From Rickettsiales bacterium (GTDB taxonomy: Bacteria; Pseudomonadota; Alphaproteobacteria; Micavibrionales; GCA-2720935), in contig PBIV01000054.1 of assembly GCA_002720935.1 (NCBI GenBank), positions 1 through 48,784 of the forward strand: 48,784 nucleotides of DNA, written 5' to 3'. Below, piece after piece: positions 34,109 to 44,358 of this stretch (the stretch's first letter is position 1; each line of letters starts with the position of its first letter). The position numbers were made by a program, and so were the translations under genes. Below the pieces are notes generated by a model. The model saw only the letters and a program-made list of their open reading frames with translations, was not told where the DNA came from and searched no databases.

Positions 34109-35221
34109 ATGATCCATGACATGAGCAATGTGAACCCAAATTCTTTACAATCTATCTTAGGAGAAAACCGATGTAACATCGTTACTGGCGTGGCCTCATC
34201 TATGCAGAGCGATAACGCGTGGGTGCAAATCTTTCCTGCCAAAAAAGAATGGTATGGCGCTGATGGCCGTGGCCCTTACCGAATTTCAGAATTAGACAAA
34301 ATAATCCAAGTATCAAAAATTGATGATCTTCTTGCTTATGCAATGGTTGATCGTGACCATGCAAGACAATTAGCTCAACAAGGAACGCCTGTTCCTGCGG
34401 CTGGTTGGTTTAAAGATTACGAAGCAAGAGAAGATGGCAGCATTTGGGGATTAGTGGAATGGACGCCCAAAGCCAAAGAAGAACTCTCTTCGAAAGAGTT
34501 TAAATATTTCTCGCCAAGTTTTTACGTAGATAAAGAAACACGCGAAATTGTGGCTATCACAGGTGGTTCGATAACAAACACCCCGAATTTTACCAAAATG
34601 CAAGCATTAGCAAATCAACAAAAGACAGTTTCACAACCAAAACCAGAGGAGAAAGAACAAATGAATCCTTTATTAATTAAGCTCGCTTCAAAAATGGGTA
34701 TTGATGCAGCTAAACTCACAACAGACGAAGTTCTTGAATTAGCAGCGAAGAAATATCAGGAAGCACAAGGCTTTCAAGATAGCGTTCTAGAAATTCAAGG
34801 TCTTGTTATTGAGGGCGAAGAATTAGACTTGGCAAGTTTCAAAACTGCCGTTGAAGATGCCGTCAAAACAAAAGGCGAAGAATTCGACCCAGAGAAGTTT
34901 GTTCCAAAATCACTATATGATGATCTTGCGACACGCATGGACGGGCTTGAAAAATCCAAAAAAGAAGAACAAGCGACGTCTGCCGTTGAAGAAGCAATGA
35001 AAGCAGGGAAAATTGCCCCAGCTCAAAAAGCTTGGGCCGTTGCTTACGCTACAAAAAATCCAGAAGATTTTAAGGACTTTATTGAAAAGCAACCTGTGAT
35101 CGTTGATGTCGCGTCTATCAAAGCTCCAAATGATAAAAACTCTAATAAGGCATTAACGCAAGCTGATATTGAGGTTGCTAAGCAATTAGGCGTTGACCCT
35201 GAAACTCTAAAAACAAAGTAA
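34109..35221 (+). CDS. Mu I-like head protease / scaffold protein
   Basis: WVQIFPAKKEWYGADGRGPY and YFSPSFY in the N-terminal protease part. Ala/Glu/Lys-rich helical C-terminal half. Confidence 0.8.
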   Translation: MIHDMSNVNPNSLQSILGENRCNIVTGVASSMQSDNAWVQIFPAKKEWYGADGRGPYRISELDKIIQVSKIDDLLAYAMVDRDHARQLAQQGTPVPAAGWFKDYEAREDGSIWGLVEWTPKAKEELSSKEFKYFSPSFYVDKETREIVAITGGSITNTPNFTKMQALANQQKTVSQPKPEEKEQMNPLLIKLASKMGIDAAKLTTDEVLELAAKKYQEAQGFQDSVLEIQGLVIEGEELDLASFKTAVEDAVKTKGEEFDPEKFVPKSLYDDLATRMDGLEKSKKEEQATSAVEEAMKAGKIAPAQKAWAVAYATKNPEDFKDFIEKQPVIVDVASIKAPNDKNSNKALTQADIEVAKQLGVDPETLKTK

Positions 35222-35282
35222 CCCCTCAAAAAAACTCAAAAGTAACTTTTTTAAATTTTAAACAAACAAAGGAGATGATCTC

Positions 35283-35687
35283 ATGTCATTAACAAAAGAT
35301 AGAGACACCAAGGCAAAAGAAGCAAAACGCTTTTATGCCCCAGTCGCTGCCAGCACGACAATTTATAAAGGCGCTTTGGTGGCGCGTGATGCTAGTGGAA
35401 ATTTAGTCCCTGGTGCGGTTGCAACAACCTTAAAGAAAGCTGGTGTTGCGGTTGAAAGCGTTGATAACACAGGCTCAGCAGGCGCAGTTGGTTGTCATTA
35501 TGAAACAGGCTGCTTTGCCTTTGGTAATAGCACAAGCACGGATGAAATCACAAAAGCTGATATCGGAAATGATTGTTACATCGTTGATGATGAAACAGTT
35601 GCAAAAACCTCTGGCACAAATACCAGATCGATTGCGGGCGAAATTGTCGATGTTGATGACTATGGAGTGTGGGTCTTATTTAAATAA
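35283..35687 (+). CDS. small head protein (DUF2190-like decoration or cement candidate)
   Basis: 134 aa, Gly/Ala/Val-rich, between the scaffold and major capsid genes. Confidence 0.45.
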   Translation: MSLTKDRDTKAKEAKRFYAPVAASTTIYKGALVARDASGNLVPGAVATTLKKAGVAVESVDNTGSAGAVGCHYETGCFAFGNSTSTDEITKADIGNDCYIVDDETVAKTSGTNTRSIAGEIVDVDDYGVWVLFK

Positions 35688-35746
35688 TCCCTCTTTTTAA
35701 CCATAAAAATTAAGTTGTTTTTTTAAATACAGAAAGGAATTAAACA

Positions 35747-36640
35747 ATGATTATTAACGCAGAGGCACTATCGGCCATTAATAAAAACTTTAAGAGCCTA
35801 TATGATGCTGCTTTTTCAAAAGCTGATCCAAAATGGGATCAGGTTGCCATGAAAGTTAATTCAACTTCATCTGCAAATGTATATGGCTGGCTTGGCGCTT
35901 CTTCTCATGTTAAAGAATGGTTAGGCGATCGTGTTATCCAAAATCTAAAAACGCATAACTTTACTATTGAGAATAAAAGCTTTGAAAGCACCGTGGCAGT
36001 TGATCGCGATGACATCGAAGATGATAATTTAGGTGTATACTCGCCTTTAGTTGACGACATTGGTAATAATGCTGCTAATTTCCCCGATGAATTGGTTTTC
36101 GGTGTTTTGAAGGATGCATTTACAACGCTTTGTTATGATGGCCAATATTTGATCGATACCGATCACCCTGTCATTGATAAAAATGGGCAAGAACAATCAG
36201 TTTCTAACCATGGTGGCGGTGCAAGCAACCCTTGGTTCTTAATTGACGATACAAAATCAATTAAGCCGATTATTTTCCAGATGAGAAAAGAGTTTCAGCT
36301 TACAGCGCTTGATAATCCAACAGATCCAAACGTGTTTATGAAGAACCAATTTATCTATGGGATTGATGGGCGTATGAATGTTGGTGTTGCTTTGTGGCAG
36401 CTTATCCAAGGCTCAAAACAAACACTTGATGCAACAGCGTATCAAGCCCGCAGAACAGCCATGATGAACTTAACTGGCGATAATGGGCGACCACTTCGTT
36501 TGAAGCCGAGCCTATTAGTTGTTGGCCCGTCTAATGAACAGGCTGCTAAAGATATTTTAGAAGCAGAAAAGCTTGCAAACGGCGCGACAAACACAAACCG
36601 CAATACAGCGAAACTCTTAGTTGTTCCAGAACTTGGCTAA
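35747..36640 (+). CDS. major capsid protein (Mu gpT-like)
   Basis: 297 aa at the gpT position, followed by a strong hairpin. Confidence 0.8.
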   Translation: MIINAEALSAINKNFKSLYDAAFSKADPKWDQVAMKVNSTSSANVYGWLGASSHVKEWLGDRVIQNLKTHNFTIENKSFESTVAVDRDDIEDDNLGVYSPLVDDIGNNAANFPDELVFGVLKDAFTTLCYDGQYLIDTDHPVIDKNGQEQSVSNHGGGASNPWFLIDDTKSIKPIIFQMRKEFQLTALDNPTDPNVFMKNQFIYGIDGRMNVGVALWQLIQGSKQTLDATAYQARRTAMMNLTGDNGRPLRLKPSLLVVGPSNEQAAKDILEAEKLANGATNTNRNTAKLLVVPELG

Positions 36641-36641
36641 T

Positions 36642-36667
36642 TTAAGGGCTGTTTAATCAGCCCTTAA
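36642..36667 (+). terminator. hairpin downstream of the major capsid gene
   Basis: TTAAGGGCTG (36642-36651) pairs with CAGCCCTTAA (36658-36667) around a 6-nt loop. Confidence 0.5.
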
Positions 36668-36707
36668 ACAACCTCTTTATTAACGTTTTAAACAAAGGAT
36701 TAAAAGA

Positions 36708-37061
36708 ATGTCTAAATCAAAATCAAATACACATTACTCCATTGTGGCGCGTCCACAAGGTGGTTTTCGCAGAGCAGGATTTGTTTTTAAGTCAAACCAA
36801 CCAACCGTGTTGAAAAAAGACGACTTAACAAAAGAACAAATTGAGGCAATTACATCAGAGCCAAACTTAGTGGTCGTTGAAACAGGCGGAGCGCCAGCGG
36901 GTAATGTAACAGCTGAAGCTGATCTTGCAGCGTTAAAAGCTGAAAAAGAACAAGTGCAAAAAGATCTTGATAAGGCGAATGCAGCCTTAGAAACCACAAA
37001 AAAAGCCCTTGATAAAGCGAATGCCGAGATCGAGCAGCTAAAACCTAAATCTAGCAAATAA
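36708..37061 (+). CDS. FluMu HI1506-like small protein with a C-terminal coiled coil
   Basis: YSIVARPQGGFRRAGFVFKSNQPTVLKKDDLTKEQIEAITSEPNLVV. A 7-bp hairpin follows at 37058-37076. Confidence 0.55.
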   Translation: MSKSKSNTHYSIVARPQGGFRRAGFVFKSNQPTVLKKDDLTKEQIEAITSEPNLVVVETGGAPAGNVTAEADLAALKAEKEQVQKDLDKANAALETTKKALDKANAEIEQLKPKSSK

Positions 37062-37154
37062 CCCGTACTGGGTTATTTGATGGGGAAAGCCCCCAACGCG
37101 CAGGCTTGACGGTCAGGAGAGGACTGGCACTTATTTTAAAAAGGATGTGAGAAA

Positions 37155-37577
37155 ATGATTTACGCCACTAAGGCAGATATGTTGAAGCGTTATGAAGAAA
37201 AGCAGTTAATTCAGCTGACTGATAACGTTGAGCCATATACCGATCAAATCGTTGATAGCATTCTTGATGGCGCTCTTAATGATGCAAGCGCAACTATAGA
37301 TTTATATTTAGGCGGACGCTATGATCTGCCCTTATCCCAAACCCCTACAGCCTTAATTGATATGGCTTGTCGCCTTGCTTTTTATCGCCTTAATCGTGAT
37401 AGAACAAGTGAAGAAATGCGTCTGGACTATACGGATGTGATTAAAACACTTGAGCAAATTTCACAAGGAAAAATCAGGCTTGATGTGGGGGGCGAAGAAC
37501 CAAAATCAGCCGCAGCGATAGCAAAGGTTGACGGACCAAACAGAACGTTTGACCGAGATTCTATGAAAGGGTTTTAA
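37155..37577 (+). CDS. DUF1320 head-tail connector protein (Mu gp36-like)
   Basis: MIYATKADMLKRYEEKQLIQLTD is the typical opening. Confidence 0.7.
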   Translation: MIYATKADMLKRYEEKQLIQLTDNVEPYTDQIVDSILDGALNDASATIDLYLGGRYDLPLSQTPTALIDMACRLAFYRLNRDRTSEEMRLDYTDVIKTLEQISQGKIRLDVGGEEPKSAAAIAKVDGPNRTFDRDSMKGF

Positions 37578-37578
37578 G

Positions 37579-38058
37579 ATGATCCGTTTAGAATTCCAAG
37601 GTCAAGATGAAGTTTTGAAGAAATTATCAGCAGTTAGCGATCGTAAAACTCGCGGTGCAATTATGGATGACTTTAGCCAGTATTTGCTTGCAGAAGTATC
37701 AAACCGTTTCGAAAATGAAAAAGGCCCTGATGGCGAAGCTTGGGAAAAATCTTATCGAGCAAAACAAGAAGCTGGTCAAACCCTTAGTGATACAGGGATT
37801 TTAAAACAGTCGATATCATCAGATCACAGCGCTGATCGATTAGAGATTGGAAGTGCGATGGTTTATGCCCGCATCCATCAAGAGGGTGGCATTATCAAGC
37901 CGATTAACCAAGAAAAGCTTTCTTTTAGCATTGGTGGCCGTTTTATTCAAACAGATCAAGTTCAAATGCCTGCGCGTCCTTATTTAGGGTTTTCAGATGC
38001 AGATGAAGAAGAATTAATAAACATAGTTCACGATCATTGGGAGGGCAATATCCAATGA
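37579..38058 (+). CDS. virion morphogenesis protein (Mu gpG-like)
   Basis: MPARPYLGFSDADEEEL motif; 159 aa. Confidence 0.7.
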   Translation: MIRLEFQGQDEVLKKLSAVSDRKTRGAIMDDFSQYLLAEVSNRFENEKGPDGEAWEKSYRAKQEAGQTLSDTGILKQSISSDHSADRLEIGSAMVYARIHQEGGIIKPINQEKLSFSIGGRFIQTDQVQMPARPYLGFSDADEEELINIVHDHWEGNIQ

Positions 38059-38663
38059 TAGGGCAGATTGAGAATGAAATCGTAAAATACATTAATACGC
38101 TCAATGATGCAGGCGTTCTAGGGTATAAAATCAGAGTTATTAAAACTTACAGCGGAGAATTACGCTCGCAAAAAGATCGTGCTGGTTTAAAAGATTTCCC
38201 AGCTATCTGGTTAGCGTTTGACGGAGCAGCACCTGTCCATGAAACATCCTCTTATATTAAATTAAAAGCCCGTTTTATGCTTTTAGTTGCAGCTGAAAAC
38301 TTGAGAAATGAGAAAGCAGCAAGGCATGGCGCTGCTGGGGATGTTGGTGCATATCAGTTATGCGAAGATATGATGGGTGTCTTACATGGAAAAACGCCAG
38401 GTAGTCTTGAGTGCGTTGGGAAAATTGACCGCATGAGCATTCGCCCACTTTCCGTTGATGATACGAGGAATGGTCGTTTAGCTATTTACGGTTTGCCATT
38501 TGAAATTGATTTTCAAGTTAAGAAGTCATCGCCAGAAAATGATGATCAAAATCAACTGTCTGCAATTCATACAAATTGGGATCTGCCGCCTAACTATGAT
38601 GTTGGCCCAGATTTGCCAGATGATGAAAACGCGGATGCAACCTCACACATAACAGGAGAATAA
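38037..38663 (+). CDS. Mu gp37-like protein (DUF1834); likely start ATG 38055
   Basis: ATGA overlap at 38055-38058. Called on position and size. Confidence 0.6.
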   Translation: MGGQYPMIGQIENEIVKYINTLNDAGVLGYKIRVIKTYSGELRSQKDRAGLKDFPAIWLAFDGAAPVHETSSYIKLKARFMLLVAAENLRNEKAARHGAAGDVGAYQLCEDMMGVLHGKTPGSLECVGKIDRMSIRPLSVDDTRNGRLAIYGLPFEIDFQVKKSSPENDDQNQLSAIHTNWDLPPNYDVGPDLPDDENADATSHITGE

Positions 38664-38664
38664 G

Positions 38665-38847
38665 ATGAAGACTATTCGAATTAAACCGTCAAAAAGCGAC
38701 TTAATTGTGCCTAATCCAGATAATGGCTTTCTAGCGTTAAGTCATGATGGAGAAGAAGTGATTTATAGCCGTTATTGGAAACGCCGCTTAGATGAGGGCG
38801 ATGTCGTTACATCTAAAGCCCCACCAAAGACATCAAAATCAAAATAA
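38665..38847 (+). CDS. DUF2635-like small protein (Mu gp38 position)
   Basis: 60 aa, ...YSRYWKRRLDEGDVV, directly before the sheath gene. Confidence 0.55.
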   Translation: MKTIRIKPSKSDLIVPNPDNGFLALSHDGEEVIYSRYWKRRLDEGDVVTSKAPPKTSKSK

Positions 38848-38879
38848 ATAGAAGTATTTAACGCAGGAGAATAAATATA

Positions 38880-40346
38880 ATGATTACATTTACACAAGTT
38901 GCATCAAATGAAAAAATCCCAGGTTATTACGGTGAGATTTCAACTGTTAATGCAAATCAAGGGACTTTTCAGTATCCAACACGCATTTTGATTATCGGTC
39001 AAATGCTCTCGTCTGGATCGGCTGATGAACTAACAAAACATATTATTGCAGATGTTAAACAAGCTCAGGCATTGTTTGGGCGTGGATCACAAATGGCTCT
39101 TATGTGCGATGCTGTTTTAAGAAATCAGGATACTATTGAGGTTCATGCTATCGCACAAGAAGATGCAGAGGCGAGCGCCAAAGCATCGGGAACAATTCTT
39201 GTTACTTCGGCTGCGACATCGAGCGGAACGCTTTATCTATATGTAGCAGGGATGCGCCTACAAATTGGTGTAAGCGCAACTGATAGTGCTGAAGATATAG
39301 CTGCGAATATTATCAGCGCTGTTAATGCAGAAAAAGATTTACCTGTAGTCGCTGCAGTCAATGGAGTGACTTCGGAGCAAGTTGATTTAACGGCAAAAAA
39401 TGCGGGCTTATGTGGAAATGAAATCAAGATCTATGCAAACCATTACACAGGCGAAGTTTTTCCTGATGGTTTTGCTATGGCAGTTACACAGCTCTCTGGT
39501 GGGACAGCAAACCCAGATGTTTCAGATGTTTTGGATGTAATTGAAGCCGATTGGTTCACAGATATTGCTTGCCCTTATAATGACACAGCAAACCTAGTTT
39601 TACTTGAGGAAGAGTTAACGAGCCGATTTAGCGCGATGGGCAAAAAGGATGCAACGCTTTCAATCGCTCATCGAGGAACATTCTCTGAAAATTACACATT
39701 TAGCAATGGCCGTAATTCTGAGTTTGTAAATAATATCGATGTTCCCGCCGACGCACTTGAACCTGCTTATGTTTGGGCTGCAACGGTTGTTGCTTGGACG
39801 GCTTTTTGGTCTAACCAGCACCCCGCACGACCTTATAAAGGCTTAGTTCTTAGTAGTTTAAAAGTTCCAAAGACAGTTAGAACAATCACAGAGCGCCGAA
39901 CATTGTTGAATAATGGTTGTTCGACATGGATTGTTAATGGAGATGGGAATATCGCTATCGAGCGTCTTGTTACGATGTACCAGGTTAATGATGGCGGCAT
40001 CGATGACGAAACATATTTAGATATTACGACCGTCAAAACATTTAGCCATATTCGATACGACCATAACGCATATATCTCAACTTTATACTTTGGCTCTGAG
40101 GGCAAAATTTTGACCGAAAGCGAGGCTGCTGCAGCTGCTTCGGATGTGTTGGTCACACCAAAGACGATCACGGCTTCATCCAAAGCAAGAGCGCAATTAT
40201 GGATCCAGCAAGGATGGGTTTCTGAGATTATTGACATCAAGGCTGAGGTTGATGCCGTTGATCCAACGCGTGTGAATATGCTTATGAGCTTAGATATTAC
40301 AAACCCACTTATGATTTTAGCAACCAAGTTAGATATGCGCCGATAA
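38880..40346 (+). CDS. contractile tail sheath protein (Mu gpL-like)
   Basis: 488 aa, followed by the tube and chaperone genes. Confidence 0.8.
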   Translation: MITFTQVASNEKIPGYYGEISTVNANQGTFQYPTRILIIGQMLSSGSADELTKHIIADVKQAQALFGRGSQMALMCDAVLRNQDTIEVHAIAQEDAEASAKASGTILVTSAATSSGTLYLYVAGMRLQIGVSATDSAEDIAANIISAVNAEKDLPVVAAVNGVTSEQVDLTAKNAGLCGNEIKIYANHYTGEVFPDGFAMAVTQLSGGTANPDVSDVLDVIEADWFTDIACPYNDTANLVLLEEELTSRFSAMGKKDATLSIAHRGTFSENYTFSNGRNSEFVNNIDVPADALEPAYVWAATVVAWTAFWSNQHPARPYKGLVLSSLKVPKTVRTITERRTLLNNGCSTWIVNGDGNIAIERLVTMYQVNDGGIDDETYLDITTVKTFSHIRYDHNAYISTLYFGSEGKILTESEAAAAASDVLVTPKTITASSKARAQLWIQQGWVSEIIDIKAEVDAVDPTRVNMLMSLDITNPLMILATKLDMRR

Positions 40347-40396
40347 ACGGTCATTTAAACAGATATTTAACAAGAATTTAAAAGGAGAAATAAAAA

Positions 40397-40747
40397 ATGG
40401 AAGCATTGCACGGTAGAGCCACAATTAAAAGAGATGGCACAAATATTATTGTTGATGTTGATGCAAAACTCAAAATCGGTGGCGAAGTTACAGATGTAAA
40501 GATGGTTGGGCCAAAAGCCTTTGATTCAATTCGTTATATACCGAGCGAGCTTGAAATCAGAATTCCTCATACAGCTGATGTTGATCTGGTTAGCGAGCAA
40601 TCTCGCCGCAGTGTTGAAATCCAGTTTCAGTCTGATAATGGGGCGACTTATGTTGTTCCTCAAGCCTCTCAAACTGGCGAATTAGATACAGGCGATGAGG
40701 GTTTAGTAGGTCTGGTCTATATGGGGGACCCTGCCCAAAAGCTTTAA
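40397..40747 (+). CDS. tail tube protein (Mu gpM-like)
   Basis: 116 aa, directly after the sheath gene. Confidence 0.7.
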   Translation: MEALHGRATIKRDGTNIIVDVDAKLKIGGEVTDVKMVGPKAFDSIRYIPSELEIRIPHTADVDLVSEQSRRSVEIQFQSDNGATYVVPQASQTGELDTGDEGLVGLVYMGDPAQKL

Positions 40748-40790
40748 TTAAATTTTTCAACCATAAACCAATCTGAGGAGAAAACAGAAA

Positions 40791-41126
40791 ATGGCAACAA
40801 CAAAAACAAAACTATCAAATGGCCAAGAGGTCGAACTTAAGGAGTTAACAGCGGGCGATATTTTTGATGCGCAAGACGCAGCAAAGGAACTTCATATTAT
40901 AAAAGATGTAGGTCCCGTTTTTGTGGTTAATTCAGTTGTTCTTGAAAGGCTTTTGACCTTGAAATCTATCATTTCAGTTGATGGCGATGAAAAAGCAGGA
41001 AATATGCAATGGTTGAGAGGCCTTTCTATCGAGGATCTTACTATTTTAAGGGAAGTTGGAGAAAACTTTGATAGTGCGACACTAAAGGAGGTCGGCGAAC
41101 GGGGGCGAGATAGCGCGGCATCTTGA
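40791..41126 (+). CDS. tail assembly chaperone; a shifted-frame extension is open to 41262
   Basis: 111 aa, immediately before the tape measure gene. The +1 frame is open over 41086-41262. Confidence 0.65.
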   Translation: MATTKTKLSNGQEVELKELTAGDIFDAQDAAKELHIIKDVGPVFVVNSVVLERLLTLKSIISVDGDEKAGNMQWLRGLSIEDLTILREVGENFDSATLKEVGERGRDSAAS

Positions 41127-41254
41127 TGATCTCTACGGGGCTGTGATTTTGCTTTGCAAACTTGGCCTTTTACAAACGAGCGTAGAAAGTATGCCGCTAT
41201 CAAAACTTTTAAAAATATCAAAAATGATTTTAACGGAAAGAGGAAATAACTCAG

Positions 41255-43138
41255 ATGGCTGATTCTAGAATGTCAGTATCGATGGTTTTAGAAATGGTTG
41301 ATCGCTTCTCTAGTAAGACGGGGCGAATAAGCCAATCTATTAGCCGTATGAGTTCAGGTGGTCAAAAAGCCATGAGCGCCTTAAGACGTTCATCTGATAT
41401 GGCGTATCAAGGGCTGGATAAGCTTGGCAACCGATATACAGCATTTTTGACGGGCGCTGGCGGTGCTTATGCCGTTAAATCTATAACTGACATGGAGACA
41501 AGATTAACCCGCTTGGGTATCCAATCAAATCGTTCAGCTGATGAGATAGAGCGGTTACGACAAGAAGTTGTAAAAACGGCGCAAGCGACCGATGTAAGGG
41601 TCAATCCTGATTTTATATTGGATGCCGTTGATAAAATTATTGAGAAGACAGGCGATCTTGAATTAGCAACAGGCAATTTGCGCAATATCGGTCTTGCAAT
41701 GCAGGCAACTGGTGCGAATGGCGCAGATATTGGTGCGATGATTGCGGATTTATCAGAAAAATTTGATATTAAAAAACCAGAAGACTTATTTGAAACAATC
41801 GATCTTTTAACCAACCAAGGTAAGGCTGGTGCTTTCACTTTACAAAACTTTGCTACACAAGGCGAGCGAGTTACAGCGGCTTATTCTATTACTGGGCGTG
41901 TTACAAAGCAAGCAGACCGTGAGATGGGCGCAATGCTTCAGATGATTAGAAAAGGTGTGGGTGCGCCAGAACAAGCTGCCACATCATTTGAAGCCTTAAT
42001 GAGTACATTGAACGATGGTTCAAAACGTAAATTATTAACAGACGCAGGAATACAAATCATGGATCCCAAAGATCCAGAACGAATGCGTGCGGTCACGGAT
42101 ATCGTCAAAGACGTCATCAAATTAACTGATGGTGATGCCGTTAAGTTAACGGCGGTTTTTGAGCGTGAAGCCATGCGGGCATTAAATATGATTGTTGCGG
42201 AGTATAAAAATACTAACGCATTTGAAACTTTAGATGGCTTTATGAATCAAGCTAGTGACGGTGGTGCAATTTTAGCAGATGCATTTAAAGGAGCAGATCG
42301 CTCTGCTGCGAAATGGCAAACGATTATTACAGCTATTAAAAATGGTGTCTTTAATACGTTAGAAAAGCCAATATCGTCGGTTGCGGATAAAGTTGGCGAG
42401 ATGGAAACCTCAACACTCGATAAAGTTGTTGGTTATGGTTTGGGCGCAGCGGGCATTTTAGGTGGCTTGGCTTTGGGCGTTAAAGGTCATAAATTTATCA
42501 AAGGCGCATTCGGTCGCAAATCTGGTGGCGCGTTAGGAAATGCTCTTGGGAGTGTCGCTGGCGGCGTGACGGGAATGGTGCAACCTGTCATGGTTATGAA
42601 TTGGCCCTCATCTATGGGAGGGTTTGATGCTGGCGGTTTTGGGCATGGTTTTAATAAATCAGCAAGAAATGGGATGCGAAAATCTTCAAGGATTGGTCGT
42701 TTTCTTGGCAAAGCTGGTAAATATGGTCGTTTTGCTAAATATGGCAAAAAGGCATTAAAGGCCGTTCCTTATTTAGGCGCTGGCTTGGTGGCTTTGGATG
42801 TTGGCTCTGCTGCTTTATCGGGAGAAGATGGCGCGATGGGCGAGGCTTTTGGCTCTGCTGGCGGTGGTTTAGCTGGTGCAGCGGCTGGCGCTGCTATTGG
42901 TTCAATTATTCCTGGTCTTGGAACTGCAATCGGTGCAGCCATTGGCGGTGTCCTTGGTTCATTGGGTGGCGGCGAATTAGGGCGATACTTAGCAACAGAT
43001 AGTGAAGATAAGAAACTTTCTGGGCAAATTGAAATCAAGGTTGATTCCGAGGGGCGTCCAGCTGTTAATGCGTCCATAAACAATGGTTCTGTTGATACGG
43101 TTATTGACCAAGGTGTGATTATGGGGGGTGCATTATGA
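41255..43138 (+). CDS. tail tape measure protein
   Basis: 627 aa. Helical N-terminal two-thirds and a Gly/Ala-rich C-terminal region. Confidence 0.85.
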   Translation: MADSRMSVSMVLEMVDRFSSKTGRISQSISRMSSGGQKAMSALRRSSDMAYQGLDKLGNRYTAFLTGAGGAYAVKSITDMETRLTRLGIQSNRSADEIERLRQEVVKTAQATDVRVNPDFILDAVDKIIEKTGDLELATGNLRNIGLAMQATGANGADIGAMIADLSEKFDIKKPEDLFETIDLLTNQGKAGAFTLQNFATQGERVTAAYSITGRVTKQADREMGAMLQMIRKGVGAPEQAATSFEALMSTLNDGSKRKLLTDAGIQIMDPKDPERMRAVTDIVKDVIKLTDGDAVKLTAVFEREAMRALNMIVAEYKNTNAFETLDGFMNQASDGGAILADAFKGADRSAAKWQTIITAIKNGVFNTLEKPISSVADKVGEMETSTLDKVVGYGLGAAGILGGLALGVKGHKFIKGAFGRKSGGALGNALGSVAGGVTGMVQPVMVMNWPSSMGGFDAGGFGHGFNKSARNGMRKSSRIGRFLGKAGKYGRFAKYGKKALKAVPYLGAGLVALDVGSAALSGEDGAMGEAFGSAGGGLAGAAAGAAIGSIIPGLGTAIGAAIGGVLGSLGGGELGRYLATDSEDKKLSGQIEIKVDSEGRPAVNASINNGSVDTVIDQGVIMGGAL

Positions 43139-44358
43139 CCTTTTATGATCGTTTAAGAAAAGCAAGTTTTAAGGGTTTTGAGTTTTCATTATCTGATGAG
43201 AGTAAAGAATTTGGCCGTGATGTTGTAAAACATAAAATTTTAAATGCGTCTGCCCCATCTTATGAAGATGTGGGACAAAAAGAAACAAGCTTTACATTAG
43301 AAATTGCCATTGGCGGGAATGATAATTTTTTAGAAGATGCACAAGCTTTTGAAGCGCTTTTGTCTGAAAAAGGAAGTGGCCGTCTTGTTCTGCCCCATGA
43401 TGGAGAAATGACTGCGGTCGTTACTTCAGCGCGTCGTCGTACAACAACTAAAGAAATTGGCATTGTTTATTTTACGGTTACGTTTGACCGTGATGAAGAA
43501 AAGAATGACACAGCCACAGTTTCAACATCAACGATCCTTAAACAGCGCTCAAACACATCGTTTAATAGTGCTTTAACAGACTTTACAAAATCATATAGGG
43601 CTAATGTTCCAGACTTCGTTCATAACGCTTCTTTAACGGAAATTAATGGGATTGCGACTGATCTTGCCCTTGCGATTAGCCGTGTGAAAAGTGATTTTAT
43701 TGCCCCTGACTTTAATGTTGAGAACACGGCCGTATTTGCAGATCAAATCGTTTCTATGTTTCAAGGATTGTTGAGTTTTGAGGCACCTGTGAATTATACG
43801 ATTGCAACACAATCAGCTTCCAATACACCAACGGCTAATCAATCGTTGGAAATTGCAAAAGCCTTAATTGATGTGGCGGGTACGGCGCAGATCGAAGAAG
43901 TAGCAGGAGCAACCGCAACGCAGAGTTTAAGATCCTCTAATTCACAAGCAATTCATGTCATGGCAAAGGTTTCAGCTTTATCAGCTGCTGCGGATGCTGT
44001 TTCTTATGCCGAGTTTACATCAAAAGAAGAAGCCATAACCGTGCGTGATGATCTTTTGTCTGATATGGGAGAGTTGAGATCCTCGTCTGGTGCTTTGGGC
44101 TGGAATGATAGTTATATATCACTTGGTGGTCTTATGGCTGCGGTTAATGACGATATTAATACAGGTCTTGGGCGATTACCCTCAACGGCGTTGGTTCAGA
44201 ATAATTCTGTTCTATCTTCACTTGCTCTGGCGTACAGATTATACGGTCATGATCTTCAAAATGTGGTTTCAAAATCCGATGATCTTATAAAAAGAAATCG
44301 TGTTGTTCATCCCTCTTTTATTCCCATTCAGGATTTGGAGGTGTTGATCGATGCTTAA
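43135..44358 (+). CDS. DNA circulation protein (Mu gpN-like)
   Basis: FYDRLRKASFKGFEF opening, typical of the DNA_circ_N domain. Confidence 0.75.
   Translation: MTFYDRLRKASFKGFEFSLSDESKEFGRDVVKHKILNASAPSYEDVGQKETSFTLEIAIGGNDNFLEDAQAFEALLSEKGSGRLVLPHDGEMTAVVTSARRRTTTKEIGIVYFTVTFDRDEEKNDTATVSTSTILKQRSNTSFNSALTDFTKSYRANVPDFVHNASLTEINGIATDLALAISRVKSDFIAPDFNVENTAVFADQIVSMFQGLLSFEAPVNYTIATQSASNTPTANQSLEIAKALIDVAGTAQIEEVAGATATQSLRSSNSQAIHVMAKVSALSAAADAVSYAEFTSKEEAITVRDDLLSDMGELRSSSGALGWNDSYISLGGLMAAVNDDINTGLGRLPSTALVQNNSVLSSLALAYRLYGHDLQNVVSKSDDLIKRNRVVHPSFIPIQDLEVLIDA

Noticed and set aside
36734-37057. 107-aa minus-strand ORF mirroring the 117-aa plus-strand gene
   Set aside because: It is antisense to a gene that fits the operon and has a recognisable FluMu-type N-terminus. 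The Ser/Ala/Phe-rich translation is typical of a shadow ORF.
37081-37112. Possible third copy of the late-promoter box upstream of the head-tail connector genes (AGCCCCCAACGCGCAGGCTTGA)
   Set aside because: It shares only CCCCC and CGCAG, with a different spacing (4 nt versus 8 nt between them). That is not enough to call the same element.
39833-40354. 173-aa minus-strand ORF overlapping the 3' end of the sheath gene
   Set aside because: It is a shadow ORF opposite a conserved structural gene within a unidirectional late operon.
41467-43083. Several minus-strand ORFs inside the tape measure gene (41467-41838, 41938-42174, 42487-42747, 42769-43083)
   Set aside because: They are antisense to a long, repetitive, Gly/Ala-rich coding region, which naturally stays open on the opposite strand. 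They fit no operon logic.
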